From: Alphaproteobacteria bacterium
GTDB lineage: Bacteria > Pseudomonadota > Alphaproteobacteria > Rs-D84
Reading direction: 5' to 3'
DNA length: 44,217 nt
NCBI GenBank assembly: GCA_017450905.1
Contig: JAFSST010000026.1
Coordinates: 1 to 44,217, forward strand
Part shown: positions 44,044 through 44,217 of the stretch, in pieces
Numbering within the stretch: position 1 is the first letter of the stretch
Layout: every line of letters begins with the position of its first letter
Translations under genes and position numbers: made by a program
The notes under the pieces: generated by a model
The model's database searches: none
The model's input: the letters and a program-made list of their open reading frames with translations, nothing else
Told to the model about the DNA's origin: nothing

Positions 44044-44217
44044 ATGTTGGTTGTTGGGACGATAGTTCCGTTTGAAGCGTTTTGTGCCGATTTAAATAAT
44101 CCCGAAATACAAAGATTAATAGCGGAAAAGCAACAGAAGATTGCGACCCTGGAAAAATGCGGTAAAAAGGTCAAGGGATTCAAGATAGCGGGTATATCCA
44201 CGATAGGCTTGACTGCG
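44044..44217 (+). CDS. Partial ORF (runs off the window) encoding a secreted or membrane protein. The true start is probably upstream at 43946 in a different repeat phase.
   Basis: Frame 1 is open from 43912 to the window end. It reads ...LISRICIPAIMLVVGTIVPFEAFCADLNNPEIQRLIAEKQQKIATLEKCGKKVKGFKIAGISTIGLTA, a signal-peptide-like hydrophobic stretch followed by a charged helix. The first in-frame ATG (44044) has no SD. This ORF is absent from the ORF track. Confidence 0.4.
   Translation, partial: MLVVGTIVPFEAFCADLNNPEIQRLIAEKQQKIATLEKCGKKVKGFKIAGISTIGLTA

Noticed and set aside
43815-44201. 128-aa minus-strand ORF at the right edge.
   Set aside because: It is antisense to the better-supported plus-strand signal-peptide ORF. 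It reads through the GA repeat as LSLSLSL and through the C9 tract as GGG, has no SD, and would overlap the dnaX start region.
1-44217. CRISPR arrays, rRNA genes, IS elements or transposases, prophage genes, and tmRNA or RNase P RNA.
   Set aside because: No regularly spaced direct repeats, no transposase or integrase-like translations, and no intergenic region long enough (the largest are about 120-280 nt) or with the right motifs were seen. The recurring short GC hairpins (ACACCC..GGGTGT, ACGCCC..GGGCGT) are ordinary intrinsic terminators at gene ends rather than a dispersed repeat family.

Overview
This 44.2 kb window looks like chromosomal DNA from a low-GC Gram-negative, proteobacterium-like organism, and the Lpt, Lpx, Skp, Pal and BamB-like genes indicate an outer membrane. 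Most of it is conserved housekeeping. Left to right: tRNA-Cys; a TolC/MacA/MacB-type tripartite efflux operon; pal; a UDG-superfamily gene; infC (ATT start); xseB; mutS-truB-rpsO-pnp; an ORFan plus ybaB; tRNA-Val followed by an AT-rich islet of four ORFans; a minus-strand lptF/G-lptD-surA-like-rlmN operon; nusA-infB; der; a yfgM-like/bamB-like pair; rpoH overlapping an outer-membrane beta-barrel gene; a TPR protein; a pseudouridine synthase and rsmE; a VIT-family gene; and a minus-strand dnaX / pilin-like / OmpA-like / skp / lpxD / fabZ block. Almost every convergent gene pair is separated by a clear bidirectional hairpin terminator. No CRISPR array, rRNA, IS element, integrase or prophage was seen. 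The main candidates for something new are listed below.

- **Orphan coupling ATPase (33995-38125):** a VirD4/TraG-type coupling ATPase sits in a tight, apparently leaderless operon with two lipoproteins, one of them LpoB-like. No other type IV secretion or relaxase genes are in the window.
- **Simple-sequence-repeat locus (about 43828-44217):** a C9 tract and a (GA)10 tract lie at the right edge. The (GA)10 tract separates a start codon with a strong Shine-Dalgarno (SD) ribosome-binding site from a signal-peptide-bearing ORF in another frame, the classic arrangement of slipped-strand phase variation.
- **tRNA-Val ORFan islet (14019-16272):** four ORFans, two of them behind consensus or near-consensus promoters.
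- **Pilin-like / OmpA-like pair (41071-42209):** a type IV pilin-like gene is translationally coupled to an OmpA-like lipoprotein gene, wedged between dnaX and skp.

All calls rest on reading the translations and sequence by eye. No database searches were run.
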